From the NCBI GenBank assembly GCA_965236175.1, contig CBDEAT010000003.1, positions 7,759 through 47,758 of the forward strand: a stretch of DNA of 40,000 bases. Direction: 5' to 3'. This document shows positions 1 to 13,401 of the stretch, piece after piece; within the stretch, counting starts at the first letter, position 1, and each line of letters begins with the position of its first letter. Source of the DNA: Candidatus Pelagibacterales bacterium (GTDB lineage Bacteria > Pseudomonadota > Alphaproteobacteria > Pelagibacterales > Pelagibacteraceae). The position numbers and the translations under genes are program-made. The notes below the pieces were generated by a model. It worked only from the letters and a program-made list of their open reading frames with translations, was not told the origin of the DNA and did no database searches.

Positions 1-1023
1 AAAACTGCTGAGGGAAAATTTAAAGAAGCCTCTGAGGCCTATCAGGTTTTATCTGATCCAAAGAAAAAATCTTCCTACGATCAATTTGGACATTCTGCAT
101 TTGAAGGTGGAGCTGGTGGAGCTGGAGGTTTTGATTTTGGTGGTTTTGAATCTGGAGCATTCTCTGACATCTTCGATGATTTTTTTGGCGACTTTATGGG
201 CTCAGGTCGTGGTGGAAGGGGCTCTAAAAAATCAAGATCTAATCGCGGATCCGATTTAAAAATTAATTTAGAAATAACTTTAGAAGAAGCTTATCTTGGA
301 AAAAAACAAACTATCAATTTATCTTCAAATGAAAAATGTGAAAAATGTTCTGGAAGTGGTGCAGAACCTGGTTCAAAACCAAAAAAATGCTCTACTTGTG
401 ATGGACATGGAAAAGTAAGAACGCAGCAAGGTTTTTTTACTCTACAACAAACATGTCCTGATTGCGGAGGAGATGGTGAAATGCTTTCTAATCCTTGTAA
501 AGATTGCAAAGGATCTGGTGCTACTAAAACAAAAAAAAATCTCTCTATTCAAATTCCAAAAGGAGTTGATGATGGAACTCAAATAAGATTATCTGGAAAA
601 GGAGATGCTGGTTATAGAGGAGGATCTAATGGAGATCTTTATGTATTTATAACAGTTGAAAAACATAAAATTTTTCAAAGATCTGAAGAAAATTTATACT
701 ATAAATTACCTATATCTATGACTGATGCTGCGCTTGGTGCTGAAATAGAAGTTCCAACTATTGATGGTGGAAAATCAAAAGTTAAAATTCCTGCAGGAAC
801 ACAGTCTGGAAAACAGTTTAGACTTAAAGGCAAAGGCATGCCTATTATAAGAGGCGATCATTACGGAGATTTATATCTAGAAACAAATGTAATAATTCCT
901 GAATCTTTATCAAAAGAGCAAAAAGACTTGCTCGAAAAATTTAAATCTTTAGAAGATTTAGATAATAATTCAGAAATAAAAAATTTTATAAATAAAGCTA
1001 AAAAATTTTGGAGCGGTAATTAA
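1..1023 (+). CDS. dnaJ: Chaperone protein DnaJ (5' truncated by the window edge)
   Basis: Frame 1 is open from base 1: ...EASEAYQVLSDPKKKSSYDQFG (J-domain end), Gly/Phe-rich linker, then four CxxCxGxG-type zinc repeats (CEKCSGSG, CSTCDGHG, CPDCGGDG, CKDCKGSG) and the C-terminal substrate-binding domain. Confidence 0.97.
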   Translation, partial: KTAEGKFKEASEAYQVLSDPKKKSSYDQFGHSAFEGGAGGAGGFDFGGFESGAFSDIFDDFFGDFMGSGRGGRGSKKSRSNRGSDLKINLEITLEEAYLGKKQTINLSSNEKCEKCSGSGAEPGSKPKKCSTCDGHGKVRTQQGFFTLQQTCPDCGGDGEMLSNPCKDCKGSGATKTKKNLSIQIPKGVDDGTQIRLSGKGDAGYRGGSNGDLYVFITVEKHKIFQRSEENLYYKLPISMTDAALGAEIEVPTIDGGKSKVKIPAGTQSGKQFRLKGKGMPIIRGDHYGDLYLETNVIIPESLSKEQKDLLEKFKSLEDLDNNSEIKNFINKAKKFWSGN

Positions 1024-1798
1024 TGAAAAAGATTAACATCACAATCACGGGAGCTCTTGGAAAAATGGGAAAAATTCTCATTAAAAGAATATCTAAAAAT
1101 AAAAATCTAAAATTATTTAGTTTAACCGATCTAAAGTCTGGAAAAACTATAAATGGAATTAAAACACAAAAAAATAATTTAGAAGCATTTAAAAAAACAG
1201 ATGTTATTATTGATTTTTCAAGACCTAAAGCTTCCCTTGAAGTTTTAAATTATGCAAAAAAATTAAAAAAAAAAGTTGTAATTGGAACAACGGGTTTTAC
1301 TAAAAAACAAAATAATTTAATTAAAAATTATTCAAAAAAAATTGCTATATTTAAATCTGGCAACATGAGTCTTGGGTATTAATCTTCTAGAATATATTGT
1401 TAATATTCTCTCAAAAAAAATTCCTAATGATTATCAAATCGGAATTAGCGACGATCATCATAAAATGAAAGTTGATTATCCCATCAGGAACAGCATTGAT
1501 GTTGGCAAATGCAGTATCCAAAGGAAAAAATAAAAATCTAGAATCAATAAAAGGAAAAACGTTTTTAAATAAAAAAGGTAGTTTACAAAAAAATAAAATT
1601 AATTTTTTTATTACAAGAAAAGGAAATACTATTGGCAAACATTCCGTTCTTTTTAATAATAAAATAGAAAATATAGAATTAAAACATACTGCTTTTTCTA
1701 GAGATCTATTTGCCGATGGAGCATTAAATGCTGCTGTATGGATAAGTAAAAAAAATAAGGGCTTATTTAATATGCAAGATATGTTTGGCTTGAAATAA
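1023..1798 (+). CDS. dapB: 4-hydroxy-tetrahydrodipicolinate reductase, split by frameshifts
   Basis: MKKINITITGALGKMGKILIKRI (NAD-binding), VVIGTTGFTKKQ, then after frame changes DDHHKMKVD / PSGTALMLANAVSKG and the C-term FSRDLFADGALNAAVWI. Apparent one-base insertions near 1375 and 1480. Confidence 0.9.
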
Positions 1799-1828
1799 AC
1801 TTTATAAAAGTATTTGAATCTTTTTTAA

Positions 1829-2464
1829 TGCTCCTGAATAAAAATAAAGCTTTAAAGCTTATTGAGCTTTTAAATAAATCAATAAAAAATCCAAAAACAT
1901 CTTTAAAATATAGAAATCAATTTACTTTATTAACTTCTGTTGTTCTTTCAGCTCAATGCACTGATCGTTAACGTAAATAATGTTACTAAAAACATATATA
2001 AAAAATATTACACCCCCAAACATTTTGTAAAACTTGGAATAAATAAAATAAGAAATCTTATTAAAAGTATAGGACTATTTAATAACAAAGCTAAAAATTT
2101 ATATTATTTATCTAAAATTTTATTAGAAAAACATCAAAGCAAAGTTCCAAATAAATTTGAAGAGCTAATACTTCTTCCTGGAGTTGGCAGAAAAACAGCA
2201 AATGTTGTTTTAAATGCCGCATTTAATAAACCAACTATTGCTGTAGATACTCATGTTTTTAGAGTTGGTAATAGAACGGGTCTTTCTAATGGTAAAAATC
2301 CAGAACAAGTTGAAAATCAACTTTTAAAAATATTACCTAAAAAACACATAAAAAAAGCCCATCATTTAATACTTTTGCATGGAAGATATATATGCAAAGC
2401 TAGAAATCCATTATGCAAAAAGTGTGTAATTAATAAAATTTGCCTATACAAAGGAAAAAATGAA
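1829..2464 (+). CDS. nth: Endonuclease III, split by a frameshift; start approximate
   Basis: QFTLLTSVVLSAQCTD (before the frameshift near 1966), then LPGVGRKTANVVLNAAF (HhH), VDTHVFRVGNRTGL, and the C-term Fe-S motif CxxxxPxCxxCxxxxxC (CKARNPLCKKCVINKIC). Confidence 0.92.
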
Positions 2465-3414
2465 TAAAAAAATATTAGGAATAGGCAATGCAATTGTTGA
2501 TGTACTTGCAAAAGTAGATGATGAATTTTTAATAAAAAGAAACCTTGTTAAGGGTTCCATGAAACTTATTAATAAATCTGAATTTGAAGATCTTAAAAAA
2601 AATATTAAAATTGAAAAAATTGTAGCAGGCGGTTCCGTTGCTAACACTATGTCTGGAATTGCTTATCTAAAAGGAAGACCGTCTTTTATTGGAAAAATTA
2701 ACTCTGATAGTTTTGGAAAAATATATAAAAAAAGTCTTGAAGATATAAATGTTAAGTTTTCTTATCTTCAAAAAAATGAAAATTTGTCGACAGGCGCTTC
2801 TATCATTTTGATTACTCCTGACTCTGAAAGAACTATGTGTACTTATCTTGGAATATCCTCACATCTTTCAGAAAACGATATTAATGAAAATAATATCACT
2901 AGATCATGAATTAATTTTTTTAGAAGGGTATCTTTGGGATAAAGGAATAAGTGAAAAAATGTTTAAACATGCAATAAATATAGCAAAAAAAAATAAAGTT
3001 AAAATTGCAATGAGTTTGTCTGATATTTTTTGCGTAACCAGACATAAACAAGACTTTTATAACCTACTTAAAAATGATCTTAGATATATTAATAGGGAAT
3101 GAAAATGAAATAAACGAATTAACAAATAAAAAAAATTTATTAGATTCAATAAACCAATTAAAACAATTCAATAAATTAATCAGTTATTACCAGAAGCGAA
3201 AATGGAAGTTTGGCAATCAAACAATAATGAAGTGACAGAATGTCAAAGTATAAAAATTAATAAACTATTGGATCTCACTGGGCGCTGGAGATTTGTTTGC
3301 TGCAGGATTTTTAAAAGAATATATGGATAAATCTGATATTAAAAAATGCCTTATCCACCGGATCAGATCTTAGCTTCAAAAATAATTCAAAGAATTGGTG
3401 CAAGATTAGAATAA
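2460..3414 (+). CDS. PfkB-family carbohydrate/adenosine kinase, multiply frameshifted
   Basis: MNKKILGIGNAIVDVLAKVDD, VAGGSVANTMSGIAYL, FIGKINSDSFGK; later fragments contain a DLTGAGDLFAAGFL-like PfkB signature (about 3270-3310) after frame changes. Confidence 0.85.
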
Positions 3415-3423
3415 CTTTTTTTT

Positions 3424-4085
3424 ATTTTGACAAATAATATAAAGAGTTTTTTTCAATAATAAATTTTTTATCGTTGAAAAATCTTTCTATTTTTTTTCTT
3501 AATCGGTGTAAATGCGTTTCAAAAGCATGAGTTTCTAATTCTGAATTATGATTCCAAATACTTTTTAATAAAGAGGATTTTTTTAAACCATTATTGTTTA
3601 TCTAAGATTAACAATTAAGTTCTAATTCTTTTTCTGTAAGTTTAACTTTAGTTCCTTCTCTTCGTAATAATTCTTTGATTAGAATCAATTTCATAATTAT
3701 TAATAGTTATTTTAGATTTTTTAAAAAAACTATATTTAGTAATTAAGATGTTTAGTATTTCTCTAAAAGACAAATACTATCGACTGGTAGAGATAAAGTT
3801 TTGGTGAAAGTTTAATAAAGATAATTTATTCTTTAATAAATAATCTCTTGTCTTTTAAAAAAAAAATAGTTGGTATATTTTCAATAAAATATTTTTTTAC
3901 TTCTGTTAATTTTAATTCTTCGGGAAATACAATTCTAACAATAAATTCTGGATTATTTTTTTTATTAAGATTTACTTGTACAGTTGAAAGATTGTAACCA
4001 AGATTTAAGTCGTTTATTATATTTAAGAAAACTTTTGATCCATATAATATAAAGATGAATATTATTCATAAATAATATATATATA
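3424..4085 (-). CDS. OmpR/PhoB-type winged-helix regulator with degenerate receiver-like N-terminus, frameshifted; start approximate
   Basis: Manual reverse-strand translation of separate frames: NDLNLGYNLSTVQVNLNKKNNPE..., PTIFFLKDKRLF..., FHQNFISLPVD, then RREGTKVKLTEKELEL and NNNGLKKSSLLKSIWNHNSELETHAFETHLHRLRKKIERFF (Trans_reg_C-like). Confidence 0.6.
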
Positions 4086-4092
4086 TTTCAAT

Positions 4093-4600
4093 ATGATTAT
4101 TGTAAAAAAATCAGGCTATTTAAAGTATAAAAACTTTAAATTTCGTTGTGCCTTAGGAAAAAATGGCATTGGTAATAAAAAATAAAGGAAGGAGATAGAC
4201 ATAACTCCTAGAGGAACATTTAAAATAACCAAGATTATATTACAGAGCCTGACAAGATTAAAAATATTAATAACCTTCTTTAAAAAAGATCAAAATTAAA
4301 AAAAATATGGGATGGTGTGACGATCCAAAAAGCAAATTTTATAACAAACAAATAAAGTTACCATAGTAAATTTGGCTCACGAGAGACTTTATAGAAGTGA
4401 TAATATTTACGATATAATAGCGGTCTTAAATTATAACATAAATCCAATTATTAAAAATAAAGGTAGTGCAATATTTATTACATATTGCAAAAAATAATTA
4501 TAAACTAACAGCGGGGTGTGTAGCGATTAAAAAAAGTAATTTAATAAAACTATTAAAAATAATAAAGAAAAATACTAAAGTAAAAATTTCTACAACTTAA
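4093..4600 (+). CDS. L,D-transpeptidase (YkuD/ErfK-like) domain protein, frameshifted
   Basis: Not in the ORF track. Manual translation: MIIVKKSGYLKYKNFKFRCALGKNGIGNKK / EGDR..TPRGTFKI / MGWCDDPKSKFYNKQIKLP / GSAIFIHIAKNNYKLTAGCVAIKKSNLIKLLKIIKKNTKVKISTT*. Matches the HxxxxxxxxxxxGCVAI active-site pattern. Confidence 0.72.
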
Positions 4601-5245
4601 TTTTCATTAAATATTGCAGAACCAATCCTTAACATATGTTAGAACCACGTTTTGAATTGCTTCTCATATAATCATTACTCATTCCCATGCTTAAATTGAA
4701 TAATTGATTATTATTTGCAATTTTTTTTAAATCTTAAAAAATAATTTCTTAGGATCTTCTGCTACAGGAGGCAGGCACATAAGACCAATTACATTTATTT
4801 TTAATTCACTTTTACAAAAATTAATAAATTTACAAGAATCTTCTATTGAAATTCCTGACTTTTTGGCTTTTCCTGCCCAATATTTATTTGAATAAAATAA
4901 TTTAGTTTTTTATTAAAATTTTTTTCTTCTTGAGATATTTTTAAAGCTAATTTTTCACTATCTAAAGAATGAATAAAAGAAAAATGATTGATAGCCTCAA
5001 CAACTTTATTCGTTTGTAACTTTCCAATCAAATGTAATTTTAAATTCTGTATTAACTTTTAATAAATCTGACCATTTAGTAATACTTTCTTGAACTCGAT
5101 TTTCTCCAAAATGAATATGTCCAATATCAATAATAGGTTTTATATGAGAAATTAAAAAAGTTTTAGAAACAACTATTAAAATAGTATTCTTAGATATGTT
5201 ATTTATATTGTTTAAAATTTGATTATAATTTTCTAAAATATTCAT
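4597..5245 (-). CDS. YggS-family PLP homeostasis protein, frameshifted
   Basis: MNILENYNQILNNINNIS...TILIVVSKT, IIDIGHIHFGENRVQE, FIHSLDSEKLALKISQE, FIQINIGQEKPKSQ, and near the C-term GMSNDY...GSNMLRIGSAIF. Confidence 0.85.
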
Positions 5246-5389
5246 ATGAACTTTAATACATCTTATTTTGAAAATTTCTATTTTTTTACAAACAATTTAA
5301 CTGAAGAAAATGAGAAGAATATTAAGTAAATTTAAAAATATTGCCATTATTTACAATCAATAACTGCAACATTCTAATGCAACACACTA

Positions 5390-5874
5390 AAGAATTGATG
5401 AGAAATTATAAAATTTTGTAAAAAAAATAAAATTAAAGTTTATATTAAAGACGACATAAAAAAAGCATATAGAATATAAATGCTAAATGGTATTTTTTTG
5501 TCAAGCAATAACAAAAGGAAATGTATCATTAATAACAATTTTAACCAATAAAATTAATTTTAAAATTATTGGATCAGCACACTCTCAATAATGATTATTT
5601 TTTTAAAAAAAAGCACAAGGCTGTAAAGATATATTTTTATCTCCATTATTTAAAAATCATAAAATACAGTCAAAATAAAATATTAAATATTTGTAAGTTC
5701 AATTTAATTTCAAATAAATGGACGTGTAATTTATTTGCTCTTGGTGGAATAAACTCAACTAATTTAAAAAAAGTTTTTATGACTAAAAGTAGAGGTATTG
5801 GTTTTGTATCTTTTATAAATGATCTTGAAAATAAAAAAGCCCGTCTACTTTTTAAAGTAGACGGGCTTTATTAA
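5390..5874 (+). CDS. Thiamine-phosphate synthase/TenI-like protein, frameshifted; start approximate
   Basis: Fragments KLNFKIIGSAHS..., CKDIFLSPLFK, C-term NLFALGGINSTNLKKVFMTKSRGIGFVSFIND, typical of the ThiE/TenI C-terminus. Confidence 0.55.
5836..5869. terminator. Strong perfect inverted repeat, likely bidirectional intrinsic terminator
   Basis: AAAGCCCGTCTACTTT-TT-AAAGTAGACGGGCTTT (16-bp perfect arms) with A-rich upstream and T-rich downstream flanks, between convergent thiE-like and porin genes. Confidence 0.85.
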
Positions 5875-5895
5875 TAAATTTCTATAATTATAAAA

Positions 5896-7011
5896 TTAGA
5901 AGTTTGTTCTAAGTTTTAAAGTTATAGAATCAACGTCAGTGCCAGCAACTACCGCCAACATCTGTGTGTTTTACCTAACGTTAACTATTAGCAGCAACAG
6001 GTCCTAAGTTGTAACCAACTTGCAACAGATTTAAGTTTCATCTTCTGCAGCTAAGTTCTGTAGCAACTGTTGCTTGATAGTTAAGTGACCTATAGATCCG
6101 TAAGATCGTTTCCTAGCAGTATACGCTAAACCGTAATCATTTTGCTTTCTTGTTTCACCAGTATTGTAACAGCTGTAGCTGTTGGTTCCACCGTACTCAA
6201 ACTCTTTTCTATTGTAACCAATGAGTAATGGGACCATGCAGTGTATGTAATACCAGCAGTAATAAACTGTGCATCTCTGTTGTGATGAAGATTCAGAACC
6301 AATTTTTTTCTTCTGAGTCACCGAACCTACTTCTAAAGCTAGTCCAGAAATTCCAACATTAGAAAGTTCTAAAAGAGCTGAATAACCAGACCCTTCATCA
6401 CCTTCTACTGCTGCCGTGTCAGCTCCACCGCAACCAGCAGTTTGAGTTTTGCTACATGACATTGTTGGTGCGTAAGCTAAAGTTAGTTGTCCAACACCTG
6501 GGAAAGCTTGTCTAATTGCAACACCTGCAGCTGCAGACGTGTTAATTGGATCAGCTAACATATTAGTTGTAGCAGTGGATCCACCTTGTGATCCTGTGCC
6601 TTTTCCAATTTCTCCAACCACTGGAATCATAGAACGATCGAAATCATTCATATGGTCAATACCAACGCTGAAAGTAGTGTTTCCAGAAATTAAATCAATG
6701 TAAACGTTTTCATTAGCCATTGATTTAAATGGAGTTGCATTTCCAGCAACATCACTTGCGTCAAGCTCTAGAGAAAAACCAGCAGCATAATCCATGCCAT
6801 TGTTTAATTTACCTTTGCTTTGCAACGTTTAATTGAGTTTCAATTAACATACCTCTGTTTAGAAGCTGTTGATAACAGCGCCTGCAGCGCCAGTTTCAGT
6901 TGTTAGGCCTCTAAAACCAACAGTCATGTTTCCACCAACTGTTGTTTGTGCAATAGCTGAAGTTGAAAGAACAACTCCTACTAATGCTGTAGATAATAAA
7001 AGTTTTTTCAT
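5896..7011 (-). CDS. Outer-membrane porin, frameshifted
   Basis: N-term MKKLLLSSALVGVVLSTSAIA-like signal peptide (start at 7011) followed by TTVGGNMTVGFRGL; central ORF 6031-6825 with GFSLELDASD..., ENVYIDLISGNTTFSVGIDH...GQLTLAYAPTMS; C-term ...LRTNF* with terminal Phe. Confidence 0.8.
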
Positions 7012-7221
7012 TTTATTATATTCCTTTTGTTTAAGTTAAAATTCTGTCTAACTATTTAGATAGAATTGGTTGATTGTTTAGCATTTTTAGATCAATTATT
7101 TTATATTTCTATCAATTATCTAATTTATTTATTATTATATGTTGCTTATTTACCACACTTTTTAATAAAGCAAATTTTCCTTGGTTTATTCAGTTTTTCA
7201 TCTATTAATAAACATTAATTT

Positions 7222-7737
7222 ATGGGCTCTAAAATTTTCTTAATCATTTTTATTGTATTATTATCATGCAAAAGCAATGAAAGTCGGCCTGAATTTGAAA
7301 CAAAACCAGTAGAACCGGACCCATTCAAAAGAGCAAAAGATGCCGCTGAAAAAGGCGGAGGCATATTCATGCAAGGAAGAGATAATCAAAATACAACCTT
7401 TAGTTTTGCTTCGTCTAATGTTCTGTGGCGCGCAACGTTAAAAAGTTTAGATTTTTTACCTTTATTAAATGCTGACTATTCTGGAGGTATAATTATTACG
7501 GATTGGTATACGGAAGACATTAATTCTAAAAATTCTATTAAATTAACCATAAGATTTCTAGGAAATGATCTTAGGTCGGACTCTCTAGAAATAATTGCAC
7601 ATAGAAAAACTTGTGAAGCTTCTGAGAATTGCAAGATAACATTATTAAATAAAAATTTTTCTCAAGAAATTAAAGATTCAATTGTTAACAATGCTAGAAT
7701 GTTAAAGATTGAAGATGAAAAAAAAAAAATAAAATAA
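7222..7737 (+). CDS. DUF3576-like lipoprotein
   Basis: Signal/lipobox-like [19 protein letters not shown]; body [32 protein letters not shown]. Confidence 0.7.
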   Translation: MGSKIFLIIFIVLLSCKSNESRPEFETKPVEPDPFKRAKDAAEKGGGIFMQGRDNQNTTFSFASSNVLWRATLKSLDFLPLLNADYSGGIIITDWYTEDINSKNSIKLTIRFLGNDLRSDSLEIIAHRKTCEASENCKITLLNKNFSQEIKDSIVNNARMLKIEDEKKKIK

Positions 7738-7744
7738 AATAGCC

Positions 7745-10273
<2,529 letters not shown>

Positions 10274-10284
<11 letters not shown>

Positions 10285-10739
10285 ATTTTTTTTAGCTTCT
10301 TATAATATCAGTCATTTTAACTCATTGTGGTTTTTCACCTATTTATACTGGGAACACTAAACAAGTAGTTATTTCTAAATCTGAAATAGTTGGTGATAAA
10401 GATCTAGCTTTTAATCTAGAACAAAAATTAAATTTTAAAAAAGATGAAAAGAATTTAACTGCTTATATATTTAAAGCTCAAATTTATGATACAGCCGAAA
10501 GCTCTCTTGTGGATTCAAGAGGAATTGCAACTGAAGAAATTATTAAGTTAACAGTGAGCTATCAATTTCAAGATAAAAATGGCGTTGTAATATACCAAGA
10601 TGCCATAACTAAAGATAAAAGGGTTTCTGTCACAGACAATCTATCAAATAATATTCTAGTAAAAAATAATGAAAAAAGAGTATTATTAGATTCTATAATT
10701 CAAAATATCTTATTTAAATCTAGAGTCTCATTAAATTAG
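10274..10739 (+). CDS. lptE: LPS-assembly lipoprotein LptE-like, N-terminal frameshift
   Basis: Small lipoprotein-like N-term (LTHCGFSPIYTG), then SSLVDSRGIATEEIIKLTVSYQFQDKNG; located between leuS and holA. Confidence 0.7.
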
Positions 10740-10744
10740 TTTAA

Positions 10745-11767
10745 ATGCTCTTAAAATCACAAGAGATAAGCCTAAAAAAAAAGGATTTTTTTAAAGAAAA
10801 AGTAATTCTTTTGTACGGAGAAAATCAAGATCTAATTAATGACTTAAATCAACAAATTATATCTAAATTTATAGAAGAAAAAAAAATCTCAAAATCTTTT
10901 TTTGAAGAAGATTTAGTTAAGAATCCAGAAAATATTATTAATTATTATCTTAATGGATCATTATTTGATGATAATAAAAATATCTCGATCATTAAAAACT
11001 GTTCTGACAAAATATTAGAAATTATTAATAAAATAAAAAATAATATTAATGATAACATTATTATTCTCAACTCAGAAATACTTCTAAAAAATTCTAAACT
11101 AAGACAATTTGGAGAATATGATAAATTAGCTATTTGTATTCCTTGTTACCAAGAGACTAAATTTGATATAAAAAAATTTCTTACACAGCAACTCCAGATA
11201 AATAATATTCAATTATCGGATTCACAAAGTGAAACTATTATTAACTCATCATCTTTGAAAAGATCGAAGATTAAAGAAGCAATAGAAAAGTTAAATCTAT
11301 ATAAAAGTTCAGGAAAAATAACAGATCAGATCATTGACGAAATTTGTACTGACGCAGATCTAAAAAAAAATGATGAAATTATTGATATTTTATTATCTAA
11401 AAATGAAAAAAATATTAATGAGTTCATATCCAATATGTCTAATTATGAAAAAAATTTTATAGAAATAATTATTATTCTTAGGTCATTCATAATTAAGATT
11501 CTTGATATACAAAAAAATAATAAAAATCTTTCAATCGATGAAAGAATTGAAAAATACAAACCACCTATTTTCTGGAAAGATAAAGATAGAATAAAAAATA
11601 TCTTAAAAATTTGGAATACTAATAATCTTGAAAAATTTCTTAGTAATTTAAATATTATTGAAACTGAGTTTAAGAGAAATGATTTAAATCAAGATACCCA
11701 ATTTTATTATTTTTTAACTCAAAACCTATCTAAAATAGCCTTTAAGAACACTAATAATTTTATTTAA
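10745..11767 (+). CDS. holA: DNA polymerase III delta subunit
   Basis: Full-length 340-aa ORF: VILLYGENQDLINDLNQQI..., position after leuS/lptE, AKYKPPIFWKDK-type C-terminal region. Confidence 0.85.
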   Translation: MLLKSQEISLKKKDFFKEKVILLYGENQDLINDLNQQIISKFIEEKKISKSFFEEDLVKNPENIINYYLNGSLFDDNKNISIIKNCSDKILEIINKIKNNINDNIIILNSEILLKNSKLRQFGEYDKLAICIPCYQETKFDIKKFLTQQLQINNIQLSDSQSETIINSSSLKRSKIKEAIEKLNLYKSSGKITDQIIDEICTDADLKKNDEIIDILLSKNEKNINEFISNMSNYEKNFIEIIIILRSFIIKILDIQKNNKNLSIDERIEKYKPPIFWKDKDRIKNILKIWNTNNLEKFLSNLNIIETEFKRNDLNQDTQFYYFLTQNLSKIAFKNTNNFI

Positions 11768-12592
11768 TTGATCAAGATTTTTATAAGAAAATTTAATTTC
11801 TCCAGAATTATTTTTCTTATTTTTAATATCTACTTTTATTCCCATCAATAGTCCAAGATCGCTTTCTAAGGATTTGATATTAGTATCTTTGCTATTCGTC
11901 TTAATTTTTTTTAAGCTGGAAAAAACTTGTTCTTTTTTGACCAAAAATTCAGCCTGCCTCACAGAAAGATTCTTGTTAACTATTATTTTCGCAAGTTTAA
12001 TATTGTCTGGAACATTGACTAAACATCTTGCGTGTCCTGAAGTTAACAATCCATCTGAAATCATTTTTTTTATCTCTTCGGGTAAACCAGCTAGTCTAAG
12101 TGTATTAGCAATATGACTTCTGCTTTTTCCTAAAATTTTTGATAATGTTTCTTGAGAATAAGCAAATTTTCTTACTAAATTATCATAACCCAAAGCCTCT
12201 TCTATTCCGTTTAAATCTGATCTTTGAATATTTTCTAATATTGCAAATTCTAAAGATTTTTTATCATCAATATTTAAAATAATAACTGGCACTTCGTGAA
12301 TTTTTGCAAGTTGAGCTGCTCTCCATCTTCTTTCTCCTGCAACAATCTCATATTTATCTTCTGATTTTTTTCTAACTAATATTGGCTGAATAATTCCCTG
12401 CTCCTTAATTGACTCTGAAAGTTCATTTAGTAATTCTTGATTAAAATTTTTTCTTGGCTGAGATGGATTAGCATAGACAAAATGTATAGGAATTTTTTCT
12501 GATGAACTTTTAGTTTGAATATTTTCTGGAGGAACGTCCCCCATTAATGCTGACAGACCTTTTCCTAAACCTTTAAATTTATTTCCAATCAT
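11726..12592 (-). CDS. parB: Chromosome-partitioning protein ParB (CTPase/DNA-binding)
   Basis: GLGKGLSALMGD N-term; NPSQPRKNFNQELLNELSESIKEQGIIQPILVR; GERRWRAAQLA; HTH ...YSQETLSKILGKSRSHIANTLRLAGLP. Confidence 0.97.
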   Translation of the reverse strand: MIGNKFKGLGKGLSALMGDVPPENIQTKSSSEKIPIHFVYANPSQPRKNFNQELLNELSESIKEQGIIQPILVRKKSEDKYEIVAGERRWRAAQLAKIHEVPVIILNIDDKKSLEFAILENIQRSDLNGIEEALGYDNLVRKFAYSQETLSKILGKSRSHIANTLRLAGLPEEIKKMISDGLLTSGHARCLVNVPDNIKLAKIIVNKNLSVRQAEFLVKKEQVFSSLKKIKTNSKDTNIKSLESDLGLLMGIKVDIKNKKNNSGEIKFSYKNLDQLNKIISVLKGYFR

Positions 12593-13393
12593 TTATGCAA
12601 CTTTTTTTTCTTCCAAATTTTCTCTAATTAAAAACTCATCCACAAACTGATTATAAGCCAATGAACCCGAACAATTTTTATCGTACAAAATCACTGGCAT
12701 TCCAAATGAAGGTGCTTCTGAAATTCTTACATTACGAGGTATGTTTGTATTATAGACCTTATTACCAAAAAAATTTCTTCCTTCTTTTTCAACATCAGCA
12801 CAAAGTTTATTTCGTTTATCATACATAGTCAGAACTATGCCTTGTATTTCTAAATTAGGATTTAAATTAATTTTTATACGATCAATTGTTTTAACTAGCT
12901 GACTTAACCCCTCTAAAGCAAAAAACTCTGTTTGCAATGGAACAACTAACGAATGAGAAATAACTAAAGACATAATTGTAAGAAGACTAAGAGATGGAGG
13001 GCAATCAATTATAATGTATGAAAATTTTTCTTTTTCTAAATTATTTATTGGATCATCAATAATATTTTTTAATAAAAAAGCTTTTTGAGAATTATTTGCA
13101 ACCTCAGTTTCGAGTCCTGACAAATCTGCATTTGCTGGTATGATGCTTAAATTTTCTATCTTAGTTTTTTTTATGCATTCAAAAAAAGAATCTTTCTTTA
13201 TAAGCAAATCATAAATTGATTTTTCTCTCTCACTCTGACTAATCCCAACACCAGTTGATGCATTGCCTTGGGGATCAAGATCGATAAGTAAAACTTTATA
13301 ATTTTTAAGAGCTAGACCTGCAGCTAAGTTAATTGCCGTAGTAGTTTTACCAACTCCACCTTTCTGATTTATAACTGAAATTATCCTAGGCAT
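12593..13393 (-). CDS. parA: Chromosome-partitioning ATPase ParA
   Basis: MPRIISVINQKGGVGKTTTAINLAAGLA (deviant Walker A), LLIDLDPQGNAS, YIIIDCPPSLSLLT. Confidence 0.97.
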   Translation of the reverse strand: MPRIISVINQKGGVGKTTTAINLAAGLALKNYKVLLIDLDPQGNASTGVGISQSEREKSIYDLLIKKDSFFECIKKTKIENLSIIPANADLSGLETEVANNSQKAFLLKNIIDDPINNLEKEKFSYIIIDCPPSLSLLTIMSLVISHSLVVPLQTEFFALEGLSQLVKTIDRIKINLNPNLEIQGIVLTMYDKRNKLCADVEKEGRNFFGNKVYNTNIPRNVRISEAPSFGMPVILYDKNCSGSLAYNQFVDEFLIRENLEEKKVA

Positions 13394-13401
13394 TTACAAC
13401 T

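Noticed and set aside
7140-7220. Riboswitch or structured RNA upstream of the DUF3576/leuS genes or the porin gene
   Set aside because: No convincing paired helices or known motif could be identified by eye in these short AT-rich gaps.
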